Shown: one piece after another, positions 37,520-51,400 of the stretch
How the letters are laid out: every line of letters starts with the position of its first letter
How positions within the stretch are numbered: the stretch's first letter is position 1
Assembly: GCF_030144855.1 (NCBI RefSeq)
Contig: NW_026778990.1
Span: 1,302,001 to 1,366,000 of the forward strand
Direction: 5' to 3'
Source of the DNA: Hypanus sabinus
Lineage: Eukaryota
DNA length: 64,000 bases
Translations under genes and position numbers: made by a program
The notes under the pieces: model-generated
Told to the model about the DNA's origin: nothing
The model's database searches: none
The model's input: only the letters and a program-made list of their open reading frames with translations

Positions 37520-39310
37520 CGGATGCAGAAGTAATTCGCTGGACTTAAAATTCCAGCGAATGCAAGCTCAGAGGCAACAGACATTCTTCATATGACAGGC
37601 CGTTCAAACCTGGAACCATTACCGCGAACCTCCTTTAAACGCTCACCAGTTTCAACAGGTCCTTTCCAAGTTTAGGGGCCGAAATCAGGTTACGATACTC
37701 CAAGTGAGGTTTCATCAGTAGTGAAATTCTCACCATTGTCTCCTTGAATTTATATTCTCGGCCTGTTAGAATGAGTGTGAACATCGCCATTTGCCTTCTT
37801 CACAACAGACTCGAACTACAAATTAACATTTGGGGGATCTACACAACGACTTCCAGGTCCGTTACAGCTCCGTTTATATGCATTTTCCTTCCATTTATTA
37901 AATAGTTAACCCTTTCATTTCTTTTTCCACACACCTCCCGACACTGTACACCATATGCCATTTTTTTGCCCATATTCGTCAAATACAGATTCAGTCCGCC
38001 ATTTCGTTTGCCCGCATTGCTAAGTCTCCAGCATCGTTTACCCACGGCCCGAAATTCACTCTCTCCTCCCTTTTACACGTTTTGTATCTGTAGAAATGCT
38101 TGGTGTTCACTTTTATATCACTGTCTAGCTTAAATTCGTATTCCATCTTTACCTTCTTAATGACTTTTAGTTGTCGCCTTTTAGTTTTAATGAGCTTCCC
38201 TGTTGTTTAACTTCCCACACTTCTTCTCAAGTACATCCCTTCTCTTAGCCTTTTATGCTGTCATTGACATTCCTGCAAAACTATTCATTTTGTGAGGTAT
38301 TTGTCCCGTGCCTTCCGAATTGCTTCCCGAAGTTCCAGCCATCGCTGCCCTGCCGTAGTTCCTGCCAGTGTTCCTTTTCCAATTGTTCTTCAACTACCCG
38401 TAGTTCTTTCCCCTTAGATTCCTTCTTCACCTCTCCTGCCTATCCCCTCCCTGCTTCCCCTCTCCCACCCCTTGACCTTCCTTCTGATTGTTTTTTCACC
38501 TGGCTTTTCAACCCTCCTCCACCTTCTTTGTAGGGCCTCTGTCCGCTCCTTCTTTAGTCCTGACGAAGGGTCTCGGCCGAAATTTCGACGGCTCGGATGC
38601 TGTCCGACCTGCTGAGTTCATCCAGCTATTTTTTAGGTTTTGATTTGACCACAGCATCTGCACTGTACTTTGTGTTTTCTTTTCCAAATAATTCTGGCCA
38701 ATTGTAATCGCCTCTGTGATTACCGTGACTCTGCTGTAATACCACCGCACCTGATTTTCGCTTCTCCTTCTCAAACTTCAGGGTGAATTCAAAAACATTG
38801 TGCTCGTTTGCCCCTAAAGGTTCTTCTGCTTTCAGGTTTCCAATCACTTTTGCTTCATTGCCCCACACCCAATTCAGAAGAGCGGATCCTCCAGTAGGTT
38901 CAAACGTGAGCTGCCTTAAAAAGCTATCTCGGAGGCACTCGAGAAATCCCTCTACCAGGAACCCAGCAGTAACCTGATTTTTCCAATCGACATGCATATT
39001 TAAATCCCTCATGACTCTTCACCATTTCCTTTTCGATAAGCATTAGCTATCTCCCGTTCAATTTCTAGGTCACATCCTTACTGCTGTTTCATGCTGTATA
39101 AAGTGACTTTCGCCTTGTAGTTCCTTTGCTCTATACACATTGTTTCAACACCTTCCGCCCCTACATCACCTCTTTCTAATGGTTTGAATTTGTTTGTTTT
39201 TTACAAACAGAGCTACCCCACCACATCTGCCTTCCGGCCTGTTCTTTCGATACCGTATGCTTCCTTGATGCAAAACTCCCAGTTATATTCTGCTTACAGC
39301 TATTGTCGAC
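37520..39310 (-). mobile_element. Degenerate CR1 fragments with a nested plus-strand Penelope 3' end (~38395-38680)
   Basis: ORF 38626..39012 resembles a CR1 endonuclease (FLECLRDSFLRQ..EPLGANEHN). The Penelope terminus contains a degenerate CTGACGA..GAAA motif at 38560-38582. Confidence 0.65.
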
Positions 39311-39619
39311 AGTCATTGGTAGTAGCGCAGGCTGTAATTAAGGTGAGGCGACCTGGCTTTTCACGAATAAAAATAAACAGTATTTATCCATACTGCGCCC
39401 TGTATTTTCCCGTTAGCCCATTATTCATGTGGAAATTGGAGATTAGAGTAACTGAGAGTGGATTAGCCAATCAGTATCACACCAGCCCTATAGTCCTCTG
39501 GTAACGTCTGATTGTAAGGTATTGAGCATGAAGGGGAATAGACAGACATATCCACAGACCAAATGGTGGGCGGCATTCTGGAGCAGTACATTGATTGGCA
39601 TTTGGCGGGTCAATGAAGA

Positions 39620-41367
39620 GCAAGACAGGGGCATGAGAAGGTCTTGGCAAGTAGGGTAAAGGAAAACCCCAAGGATGACGGAGTGAAGGTCGGATCGATT
39701 AGAGATAAAGGTGGGAAGATGTGTCTGGATGCTTTGAAAGTGTGCGACGTCCTCAATGAATACTTCTCTTCGGTATTCACCACTGAGAGGGCACTTGATG
39801 ATGGTGAGGACAACATGAGTGAGTTTCATGTTCTGAAGCATGTTGATATTAAGGGAGAGGAGGTGTTGGATTTGTTAAAATACATTAGGACGGGTAAGTC
39901 CCCGGGGCCTGAAGGAATATTCCCCAGGCTTCTCCACGAGGCGAAGGAAGAGATTGCTGAGCCTCTGGCTAAGATCTTTATGTCCTCGTTGTCCACGGGA
40001 GTGATACTGGAGGATTGGAGGGAGGCGAATGTTGTCCCCTTCTTCAAAAAAGTTAGTACGGATAGTCCAGGTGATTATAGACCAGGGAGCCTTGCACCTG
40101 TGGTGGGAATGCTGTTGGAAAAGATTCTTAGAGATAGGATCTATGGGCATTTCGAGACTCATGGTCTGATCAGGGACAGTCAACATGGCTTTGCGAAGGG
40201 CAGATCGTGCCTAACAAGCCTGATAGAGGTTTTGAGAAGGTGACCTGGCATATAGATGAGGATAGTGCAGTGGCTGTGATATACATAGATTTTAGTAAAG
40301 CATTTAACGAGGTTCCACATGGTAGGCTTATTCAGAAAGTCAGAAGGCATGGGATCCAGGGACGTTTGGCCAGGTGGAGTCAGAATTGGCTTGCCTTCAG
40401 AAGGCAGAAGGTCGTGGTGGAGGGAATACATTCAGATTGGAGTGTTGTGACCAGTGGTGTCCCACGAGGATCTGTTCTGGGACTTCTACTTTCTGTGATT
40501 TTGATTAACGACCTGGATGTGAGGCTAGAAGGGTGGGTTGGTAAGTTTGCAGACAACACAAAGATTGGTGGTGTTGTAGATAGTGTGGAGGATTGTCGAA
40601 GACTGCAGAGGGACATTGATAGGATGCAGAAGTGGGCTGAGAAATGTGTGAGGTGGTACACTTTGGAAGGACAAACTCCAAGGCAGAGTACAAAGTAAAT
40701 GGCAAGATACATGGTAATGTGGAGGAGCAGAAGGATCTGGGAGTACATGTCCACATGATCTCTGAAAGTTGCCTCATGGGTAGACGGGGTAGTTAAGAAA
40801 GCTCATGGGGTGTTAGCTTTCATAAGTCGAGGGATAGAGTTTAAGATACGCTTGGAGTACTGTGTCCAGTTCTGGTCGCCTCAGTATAGGAAGGAGAGGA
40901 AGCATTGGAAAGGGTACAGAGGGGATTTACCAGAATGCTGCCTGGTTTAGAGAGTATGGATTATGATCAGAGATTAAGGGAGCTGGGGCTTTATTGTTTG
41001 GAGAGAAGGAGGATGAGAAGAGAAATGATAGTGGTGAACAAGAAATTAAGAGGAATAGACAGAGTGGACAGCCAGCGCCTCTTCCCCAGGGCACCACTGC
41101 TCAGTACAAGAGGACATGGTTTTAAGGTAATGGGAGGGAAGTTCAAGGGGGATATTGGAGGAAGGTTTTCACTCAGAGAGTTGTTGGTGCTTTGAATGCA
41201 GTGCCTGAGTGAGTGTGGAGACAGATACACTAGTGAAGTTTAAGAGACTACTAGACAGGTATATGGAGGAATTTAAGGTGGGGGTTATATGGGATGCAGG
41301 GTTTGAGGGTCGGTACAAAATTGTGGCCCGAAGGGCCTGTACTCTGCTGTACTATTCAATGTTCTAT
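39620..41367 (+). mobile_element. CR1 LINE (host family) 3' half, uninterrupted
   Basis: ORFs 39644..40243, 40207..40698 and 40905..41195 give EYFSSVFT, KSPGPEGI, QHGFAKGRSCL, DFSKAF, SGVPRGSVLG and KFADNTKIGG; CR1 3' tail near 41367. Confidence 0.92.
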
Positions 41368-41542
41368 AACGGGCTACTGAGTTTCTGAGTCGCCATGACC
41401 CCCTTCACTCCACAATACAATCTAACCTAATGCCCCGGAGCTGCCGGTCACAGGGAAAATCCGCCCGGGAATAACAGTTTGGCCATCAGGCAGTGAATGA
41501 AAGGAACCCGAGCCAGGGCTCGAGAACCGCATTGGCCTGTGC

Positions 41543-42816
41543 TCAGGACGCGGATTTATTGATGAACTGACGCACCGAGGTGACGGGATATTTCGCCGCG
41601 CCAATAAGCTGCTCCCTGAATTTCGGCTGAGTCAGCGCGTAAATAAACGTGTTCGTGCAGCAGCTGAAATTCCTCAGCAAAACTCCGACGTCGTGAAAGA
41701 TCCATTCAGGATCATTGAAATCGAATCCTTTTCCTGAGACCCGATAATATTTGAAATTTACAACCACCGTCATCCACAGGAGGATGAAGCTGCCGGAGAG
41801 GGTGAAGAGTAAAACAACAGACCTCCTCCCGCTCTCCATGTCCGGGTCACAGCGGTTCTCCCCCTTGTTCTGAACCTTCAGTCCCTTACGGATCCGACTG
41901 GCCACTAAAATGTGCCTGACTGTAAGAGCGTTGAGTAGCAGGATCCCTGCGAAAGTGAGGGACGGATTTAAAACCGTATCCAACCAGTCATACCCTCTCC
42001 ATCCAGGGTCAGTGAAGTGACTGTTCATGGTTCTGAAAAAACACGGTACATTGTCGATGATCACGCTGTGTTCAAACGTGAAGTATAGGGTTACGTTTTT
42101 CAGAGAGAACAGTACGACGGTTGCTGTTAGAACCACAGTCGCAGTTTTCCTGGTGCAATATTTTGATTTCAGCTTCTGGCAGCAAATGGCGACAAACCGA
42201 TCAAAGGTGAAAGTGACTGTGAATCAGACAGAACAGTCTGTGGCTATGTACGTTAGTAATTTGCCGTCACTGCACACAGGGGTGATGTCCAGAAAATTCC
42301 ACGGAAGGTAATACAGATTGATTCGAGACAAAATGACCTCGGTGACTATTGTCAGTAGATCCGCCGCTGTCATGTCCACCAGGAAACGAGTGGTGCAGGT
42401 AGAGAGGCCGCACTTCCCCCGAGACAGGATCACGATCGCCACTAAATTCACTGGAGAGAAAGAGAGAAGGGTGGGGTAGGTATAGGACAGTCACTGTCAT
42501 TACTGAACACATTCACTAAACAGAGGATCGCATTTCAGCTAAAAATCAGGAGAGCTGGAGCCTGTGAACGGCTGCTAATCTAACATTAGACACCGGTCAC
42601 TCTGTCTTTGACCTGCCTTCTTCACTGACGGATATCGGTGCAAAGATCATCGAGTTGAAAGCTTGTCGGTTTAATCATAAACAGGTTCCCACCGGTTAAC
42701 ACACGGAAATACCAAACAAGAATGGCTCTGCTCACTCACCGGGAACTCCAGTGACGGTAATGAACACGTACAATATTTTTTTCCACACTGACATACCTAT
42801 CTAACATTGCAGACAT
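41543..42816 (-). pseudogene. GPR139/GPR142-like GPCR pseudogene B (exon 1 42816-42740, exon 2 42450-41543)
   Basis: Same two-exon structure as A and C with intact splice sites. Exon 1 is 77 nt (extra A in an A7 run at 42776-42782, frameshift). Exon 2 has TGG>TGA at 42224-42226 in TM3, and the ECL2 motif PWFC has become PCFF. Confidence 0.88.
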
Positions 42817-43285
42817 ATTCTCTGCTCAGCAATGTGTCTCCCTGTGTCACAGGCGGTCTACTAGAATGAAATGTTGAAGCACCACATTCCTCGAGTTTAT
42901 AAATACCATCTAGCGACTCCGCAGGGATTCAACATGTTTTAAAATAAAACTGCTTAACTTATATAGAAACCTATTACATCAGACAGGTGCCATCCCTGCG
43001 GTGTCAGATTGTGTTTACTTTAGTGAATTAATTGTTAGACCAGTTGTGTGAGTTGGTTTGACCCAATAACCATATCAGAACCTTCGAAGTGTCTTCTCAA
43101 TAACATTTGCTTCCCCTGTAAATATCTACTTCAGAGGAATCATTTATCAAATACAGAATATTGAAATAAAGTCTGTGAAATTGTATTGAATCGCCTATTG
43201 TTGCCATTCTCCTCAATGGTATAAACATGAATGAACACTTTCAAATAGATGAAGCCCTCCAACTTCTTCAGTGACTTAGTCATTC

Positions 43286-43313
43286 TGTGTGTTTGTGTGT
43301 GTGCGTGTGTGCG

Positions 43314-43358
<45 letters not shown>
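43286..43358. repeat. (TG)n microsatellite upstream of pseudogene B
   Basis: Imperfect TG run seen directly. Confidence 0.95.
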
Positions 43359-43363
<5 letters not shown>

Positions 43364-43619
43364 AGCACTTTCAAATTTTGTGCATCCACAAATCTGTGTG
43401 TACCCCCAAAACGCTGCAACCCCCATATTCAACTTTCATTCTTCAAGTAAGAGTAATGACAAATCCTTCACAAAATGGCTGCCTGACCCATAAAATATCA
43501 ACAAAGGTCAAAATTCAAATTGCATTTATTGTTAGTGATTGTACCAATGAAAGAACCTTGAGATTCGTCACGGCTCCAAATCAGCAGGCACCCCCACACG
43601 CACATTGGATTATCCTAAT

Positions 43620-44500
43620 TCTTCACGCACCCCAAATTCCATGTGCACATCATATTCGCGGTCATACTCCTGAATCTGGATATCCCCAAGTCTGTGGCAC
43701 CCCTAAATTAACAGACACCCCAAAACGCCGACAGCAAATCTGACACACCCCAAATCGGTGACACATCTCCAAGTCTGTCGGTAAAACCAAATGTGCGTGC
43801 AGCCTTCAATTTGCCAAATACTGCAAATCTGCGCAACCCCCAGATCCGTGTACACTCACATATTCGCCGTCACACCCCTAAATCAGTACACTTCTAAAAA
43901 TCGGTGTTTATCTCCAAATCCACAGACACTGGCCAATCGGCTGGCGTCACCAAATTAGCCTGTACCCCCAAATACTCCTAAACTTCATCAAATCTGCATG
44001 TACCGCTGAATTCATTTTCATTGGCATATTCTTAACATTCCCCTACATCAGATCGCATCCCCAAATCCGTTTGCACCCGCAAATCCGTGCATGATCACAA
44101 ATCATTGCGAACCCAAATTCCGTGCGCAACCTAAAACCGATGACGTCCAAACATGCCCATCTGTATCCCAGAGGAAGAATATTTTCAAACAGCTTACAAA
44201 ATAAATGTTTATTCCTTAAAACAAATAGGAAGAAAAAAGTTCAAATTCAGTGACATCCTGAATCTGTCGACACACCAAAATCTCACTCATTCTTGAACTC
44301 CCTGTGTAACCCCATATTCTTTGACTCTGCCCTAATCAGTGCACATCAACAAATCTATGCGCAGTCCCTGAAAGTGCAAGACTCAGTTCAAAGTTAGGGA
44401 CGCCCAAACCCAAGTGCACCCACGAATCTACCAATAAACACAAAACTGTGCACAATTGCAAATCGGTGTGTACACTAAAATACCTATGCACTTGCATGGA
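43620..44500. repeat. Highly decayed ~20-bp tandem repeat (core resembling CACCCCAAATC)
   Basis: Recurrent (C)CCCAAA(T/G)C cores at roughly 20-bp spacing; a shorter reverse-complement version lies at ~17170-17490 upstream of gene A. Confidence 0.5.
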
Positions 44501-44574
44501 ACACCTAAAAGAATAAGACGTGAAAGAATTGGACCTATCAAGTGTGACGGTGGGGAAGTGTGTATGGAACCAGA

Positions 44575-47500
44575 GGGATGTTAGGGTTAAATTTGTCCCG
44601 ATGAGGAAGATAAAGAATGGTAGGTTGAAGGATCCATGGGTGACAAGTAAGCTGGAATATCTGGTCAGGTGGAAGAAAGCAGCATACATGATGTTTAGGG
44701 AAAAAAGTTCAGATGGGTCTATTAAGTAATATAGGGTAGCAAGAAAAGAACTCAAGAAGGGTCTGAGAAAAGCAAAGAGGGGGCATGAGAAGGCCTTGGC
44801 GAGTAGGATAAAAGAAAACCCCAAGGCATTTTTCAACTTTGCGAAGAACAAAAGCATGACAGGAGTGAAGGTAGGACCGATTAGAGATAAAGGTGGGAAG
44901 ATGTGCCTGGATGCTTTGAAAGTGAGCGATGTCCTCAATAAATAATTCTCTTCGGTATTCACCAATGAGAGGGATCTTGAGATTCCAATGAGAAAGAGGA
45001 TAGTTAAGAACAATGTTGGGCCCTTGAAGAATGAATTGGGTTAAATAATTATGGGAAAGAGAGAAATGGCAGAAGAATTTAATGAGTACTTTAGATCTGT
45101 TTTTACTAAGAAAGACACAAGCAATCTCCCAGATGTATGGATGGGCCAAGGACATAGGGTAACAGAGGAAATTAAACAGATTGACATTCGGAAGGAAACG
45201 GTGATGAGAAGATTGATGGGACTGAAGCCTGAAAAATCCCCAGGTCCAGATGGTCCGCACCCTAGGGTACTAAAGGAGGTGGCCCTGGAAATTGCGGATG
45301 CATTGGTAATCATTTTTCAATGTTCCTTGGATTCAGAATCAGTTCCTGAGGATTGGAGAATGGCTAATGTTATCTCACTTTTTTAAAAAGGAGGGAGGGA
45401 GAAAACAGAGAACTATCGACCTGTCAGCCTGACATCGGTGGTGGGAAAGATGCCAGAGTCCATTATTAAGGATGAAATTGTGGCAAGAACAGGAAGGCAG
45501 ATTATTATCTTGACCGTGCAGAGTTGGGTAAGGGAGAAATACAAAGAGATCTCGGAGTCCTTGTTCATCAGTCACTGAAGGTGAATGAACAAGTGCAGCA
45601 GGCAGTGAAGCTGGCTCATGGAATGTTGGCCTTTTTTACAAGGGAATTGAGTACAAGACCAAGGAAATCCTCTTGCATTTGTACAGAGCCCTGGTGAGAC
45701 CACACCTGGAGTATTGTGTGCAGTTCTGGTCTCCAGGGTTAAGGAAGGACATCCTGGCTGTAGACGTAGACGTAGACGTAGATGTAGCGTAGATTCACGA
45801 GGTTAATTCCTGGGATGTCTTGACTGTCTTACGCAGAAACGTTAGAGAGGCTGGACTTGTACGCGCTGGAATTAAGGAGATTGGGTGAGGGTCTGATTGA
45901 AACATATAAGATTATTAAGGGATTGGACAAGTTAGAGGCAGGAAATAAGTTCCAGCTGCTGGGAGAGTCCAGTACCAGAGGGCATTGTTTGAGAATAAGG
46001 AGTAGGTCATTTAGGACAGAGTTAAGGAAAAACTTCTTCTCCCAGAGAGTTGTGGGGATCTGGAATGCACTGCCTCGGAAGATAGTGGAGGCCAATTCTC
46101 TGGATGCTTTCAAGAAGGAGCTAGATAGTTATCTTATGGACAGGGGAATCAAGGGATATGGGGACAAGGTAGGAACAGGGTATTGATAGTAATTGATCAG
46201 CCATGATCTCAAAATGGCGGTGCAGGCTCGAAGGGCCGAATGGTCTACTTCTGCATCTATTGTCTATTGTCTATTGATGACGGTGAGCACAATATAACCG
46301 AGGTTGATGTTCTGGAGCATGTTTATATTAAGCGAGGAGAGGTGTTAGAGTTGTTAAAATGCATTAGGACGGATAGGTCTCCGGGGATTGCTGGACTATT
46401 CCTCAGGCTGCTTAACAAGGCGAGAGAAAACATTGCTAAGCCTCTGCCTGGGATCTTTATGTTCTCTTTGCCCAGGGGAATGGTACCGGAGGATTTGAGG
46501 AGGGCGAATGCTGTCCCCTTCTTCATAAATGGTAGTAGGAATAGTCCAGGTAATTATAAATCAGTGATCCTTAGGTCTACTAAAATCTACTAAAATCTAC
46601 ATGGATTTTAGTAAGGCATTTGACAAGGTACCACTTGGTAGGTAGTCAGGCAGCATGGGATACAGGAAAGCTTGGCCAAGTTTGTTCAGAATTGGCTTGC
46701 CTGCAGAAAGCAGAGGGTCGTAGTGGATGGACTACATTTTGATTGAAGGGTTGTGACTAGTGGTTTCCCACAAGGATCGGTTCTGGGACCTCCTGCTTTC
46801 GTGATTGTTCTTAACGACCTGGATGTAGGCGCAAGTCTGCAGACGACACAAGGGTTGGTGGTGTTGTAGATAGTGTAGAGGATTGTCGAAGATTTCAGAG
46901 AGAGCTTGATAGAATGCAGAAGTGGGCTGAGCAGTGGCAGTTGTAGTTCAACCCAGAGAAGTGTGAGGTGGTACACTTTGGAAGGACAAACTCCAAGGCA
47001 GACTACAGGATACTTGGAAGTGTCGAGGAGCAGAGGGATCTGTGGGTACATGTCTACAGATCCCTGAAAATTGCCTGACGGGAGAATAGGTTAGTTAAGA
47101 AAGCTTATAGAGTGCTAGCTTTCATAAGTCGAGGGATAGAGTTTAAGAGTCGCAGGGTAAGGAAGCAGCTTTATAAAACTCTAGTTTGCCCATACTTGGA
47201 GTATTGTGTCCAGGTCTCGTCGCCTCACTATAGGAAGGATGTGGAAGCATTGGAAAGAGTTAAGAGGAGATTTACTAGGATGCTGCCTGGTTTTGACAGT
47301 ATGCATTATGATCAGAGATTAAGGGGGCTCGGGCTTTACTCTTTGGAAAGAAGGAGGATGAGAGGAGTCATGATAGAGTCATACAAGATATTAAGAGGAA
47401 TAGATTGAGTGGACAGCCAGCGTCCGTTCCCCAGGGTACCACTGCCCAATACAAGTGGACATGGCTATAAAGTAATGGGTTTAAAGTTCAAGGGGTATAT

Positions 47501-47713
47501 TAGCGGAAGTTTTGTTTTACTCAGTGTGGCTGGTGCGTGGAATACAGTGCCTGAGTCAGTGATGGAGGCAGATACACTAGTGAAGTTTAAGAGACTACTA
47601 GACAGGTATATGGAAGAATTTAAGTTGGAAGGTTACATAAGAGGTAGGGTTTAGGGTCGGCTCACATTGTGGGCTGAAGGGCATGTACTGTGCTGTATTG
47701 TTCTATGTTCTAT
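44575..47713 (+). mobile_element. CR1 LINE (host family) 3' half with a nested CR1
   Basis: Collinear with 39620-41367 apart from the insertion at 44981-46276; 3' tail ttgttctatgttctat near 47713. Confidence 0.88.
44981..46276 (+). mobile_element. 5'-truncated, internally deleted CR1 with a (CTATTGT)n tail, nested in the host CR1
   Basis: ORFs 45051..45386 and 45857..46186 are homologous to 33284..33700 and 31961..32365. Tail tctattgtctattgtctattg; target duplication TTGA (44977-44980 and 46274-46277). Confidence 0.88.
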
Positions 47714-48496
47714 TTTTATACTCATGGTGAAGGGTGTCTGGAATAATTGCCAGGGGTGATGGTGGAGGCAGATGCAAAAGTGGCTGTTAGATACCACATG
47801 AATATGTGGAGAGTGCAGGGATGTGGTCTTTAGGGAGGCAGACGTGACTGGTCCAGTAAAGCCTGAAGTGACAAGTCCAATCGCATCAGAACAAAAGGGT
47901 GAGCAGAAGTACCTGTTCCCTTGCTGTTAGATGTTGGTTAGAGCACAGCCGGAGGACTGTGGGTCTCGCTGGTCAGCCGCCTCTGGAAGGATTTACCTAA
48001 AAATGTGCAGGAAGTATTCAGGACTTGTTTTTTTTAACCGGGACAGGAGGACACAGCTCAGAAGGAGACTGGATAGTGACTGTGTACTGATCCCAAAACT
48101 CAAGGTGAGCATCACTGATTCTCCCCACCGCCACCACAGTTTCCAGCGGGTAGCGCGCTCAAGGCAATTGCGGAATGGACGAGCCGCCGGGCCTTCTGGG
48201 CGTTGTTGTTTTATATATGTCTCTTCCTCCATAGCTCACTTCCTGCAAAAACACTTTTTCTCAGCCGCCACAACTATATCCGGAACGGACTCAACGAGGT
48301 GTCGGAGAACCCCGCCTTTCCGAGCCAGAAACCACATACAGCAGCAATGCACTGAACTCCGCCATGCCGCTGGAGCGAAGAGGAGGGGCTCGGACAGATT
48401 TCCATCCTGCCTATTGTAGCTCAGATCCACCTCTGTCCCATGTTGTCATTGGCTGAGGTGCCTGTTGGTCAAATAAAAACACACACTACCATTGGC

Positions 48497-51400
48497 TAAC
48501 ATAGAAACACGGAAACATGGAAAGCCTACGGAACAATACAGACCCTTCGGCCCACAATGCTCTCCGAATATTTCCCTACCATAGAATTTACGTATTGCCC
48601 AGCGCGCTCAATTTTTCTAAGCTCCATGTGCCTATCCAGGAGTCTTTTAAACGACCCTATCGTATCTGCCTCCACCACCGACCACGGCAGCCCATTTCAC
48701 GCACTCACCACTCTCCACGTAAAAGAAAACATACCCCTTGAATCTCCTCGGTACCTATTTCCAAGCACCTGAAGACTGTGCCCTCTCATGTTAGCTCTTT
48801 CTGCTGCGGGGAAAAGCCTCTAACTATCAACACGATCAATGCTTGCCATGACCTTATGCACCTCTATCCGATTATCTCCCATCCTCTGTTGCCCCAAGGA
48901 GAAAAGGCCGAGTTCACTCAACGTATTCTCATTAGGCGTGCTCCCCAATCCACACAACATCCTTGTAAATCTCTTCTGCACCCTTTCTATGATTTCCACC
49001 TCCTCCCTGTCGCGAGGCGACCGGAAGGCCGATGCACCGTATATATTTTTAACCACAGAGTAAACCTGCGCAGCTGCTTTGTGCGTCCTATGGACTCCAA
49101 CCCCAAGATCCCTCTGATCCTCCACACTGCCAAGAGCCTGCCTATATTCTCCCATCTTATTTTGACCTACCAAAATGAAACACCTGACATTTATCTGGGT
49201 TGAGCTCCATCTGCCACTTTTCAGCCCAGTTTTCCATCCTATCAATGTCCTGTTATAAACTCTGACAGCCCTTCACAAGATCCACAACACCACAAACATT
49301 TGTGTCATCATCAAATTTACTAACCTGTCCCTCCACTTCCTCATCCAGGCCGTTTATAATAATCAGGAAGAGTCGGGGTCCCAGAACAGATCCCTGAGAC
49401 ACACCTCTGGTCACCGGCCTTCATTCAGAATATGACCCGTGCACAACCACACATCGCCTTCTGTGGACAAGCCAATTCTGGATCCACAAAGCATTGCCCC
49501 TTATATCCCATCCCTCCTTAATTTCTCAATAAGCCTGGGATAAATTATCAAATGGGGTACATTATCAAATGCCTTGCCTAAATCCATCTACATTACATCT
49601 GCTTCTCTACCTTCAACATTGTGTTTAGTCACATCCAGAAAAAGAAAAGTTCTATCATTCTCATAAGGAATGATCTGCCCTTGACAAAGCCATGCTGTCT
49701 ATTCCTAATCTTATTATGCCTCTCCAAATGTTCATAAGCCCTACCTGTCTGGATCTTTTCCATCAACTTACCAAACACTGAAGCAAGACTCACTGGTCTA
49801 TAATTTCCCGGGCTATCTCTACGCCCTTTCTTGAATAAGGGAAAAACATCCGCAACCGTCCAATCCTCCGGAACCTCTCACGTCCCCATTGATGGTGCAA
49901 AGATCATCGCCAGGGGCTCAGCAATCTATTCCCTTGCCGCCCAGAGTAGCCTGGGTTCCATCTCCTCCAGTCCCGGTGACTTATCTAAGTTGATGATTTC
50001 CAAAAGCTCCAACACATGCTCTTTCATAATGTCTATATGCTCAAACTTATCATTCCGCTGCAAGTTATCCCTACAATTGGCAAGATTCCTTTCCGTAGTG
50101 AATACTGAAGCAAAGTAATGATTAAGTATCTCTGCTTTTTCTTCCGGATCCATACACACTTTTCCACTGTCACACTTGATTGATTCTATTCTCTCACCTC
50201 TTATCCTCTTGCTCTTCAGACACTTGTAGAATGCTTTGGGGTTTTCCTTAACCCTGTCCAACAAGGCATTCTGATGGCCTCTTCCAGCTGTACTAATTTC
50301 CTTTTTAAGCTCCTTCCTGCTAACCTTGTAATTTTCTAGATCTGTCTCATTACCTGTTTTTTTTTAACCTTTAGTAAGCTGTTGTTTTATTCTTGCCTAG
50401 ATTTACAATCGCCTTTGTTCACCACGTTTCCTATGCCATACGGTACTTACCCTGTCTCATTGGAACCTACCTATGCAGAACTCCACGCAAATATCCCATG
50501 AACATTTCCCACATTTCTGCAGTACATTTCCCTGAGAACGTCTATTCCAAATTTATGCTTGCAATTTGCTGCCTGATAGCCTCATATTTCACCCTGCTCA
50601 AAAGAAAGCACTTTCCTGTCTGTTCTTATGCCTCTCCAATGCTACGGTAAAGGAGATAGACCTAGGATCACCATCTCCAAAATGTTCACCAACTGAGTTA
50701 TTTAAGACCTGACCAGGTTCACTTTCCGATATCAGATCAAATATAGCATCTACTCTTGTAGGCATATCTACATATTGTGTCCAGAAACCTTTTTGAACAC
50801 ACCTAACAAACTCCATCCCATCTCAACCCTCTAGGGAATTGCCAGTCAATATTTGAGAAATTCAAGTCAAATCATTTTTATTGCCCTTTCGACCATAACC
50901 GCTGGTACAGTACACAGTAAAACCGAGAGTAATTTTATTCAGGACCATTGTGCTACACTGGACAGTGCAAAAACTACAGTGAACTACGTAAAAACAACAC
51001 AGAAAAAAAGCTACTCTAGACTACAATTAATAGCAAGACAATATGCACAGTAGAAGTGCATTGGTGTCAGTCTGGGTATTGAGGAGTCTGATGGCTTGGG
51101 GGAAGAATCCATTACACAGTCTGGTCGTGAGAGACCGAATGTTTCGATGCCTTTTCCCAGACGGCAGAAGGGAGATGAGTTTGTGTGAGGAGTGTGTTGG
51201 GTCCTTTATAATGCTGTTTGCTTTGTGGATGCAGCGTGCAGAGTAAACGTCTGCAATGGCGGGAAGAGATACCCCGATGATCTTCTCAGCTGACCCCACT
51301 ATCCGCTACAAGGTCTTGCAATCCGAGATGGTGCCATTTCCGAATCAGGTAGTGATGCAACTGCTCGGGATACTCTCAATACAACCCCTGTAGAACGTGA

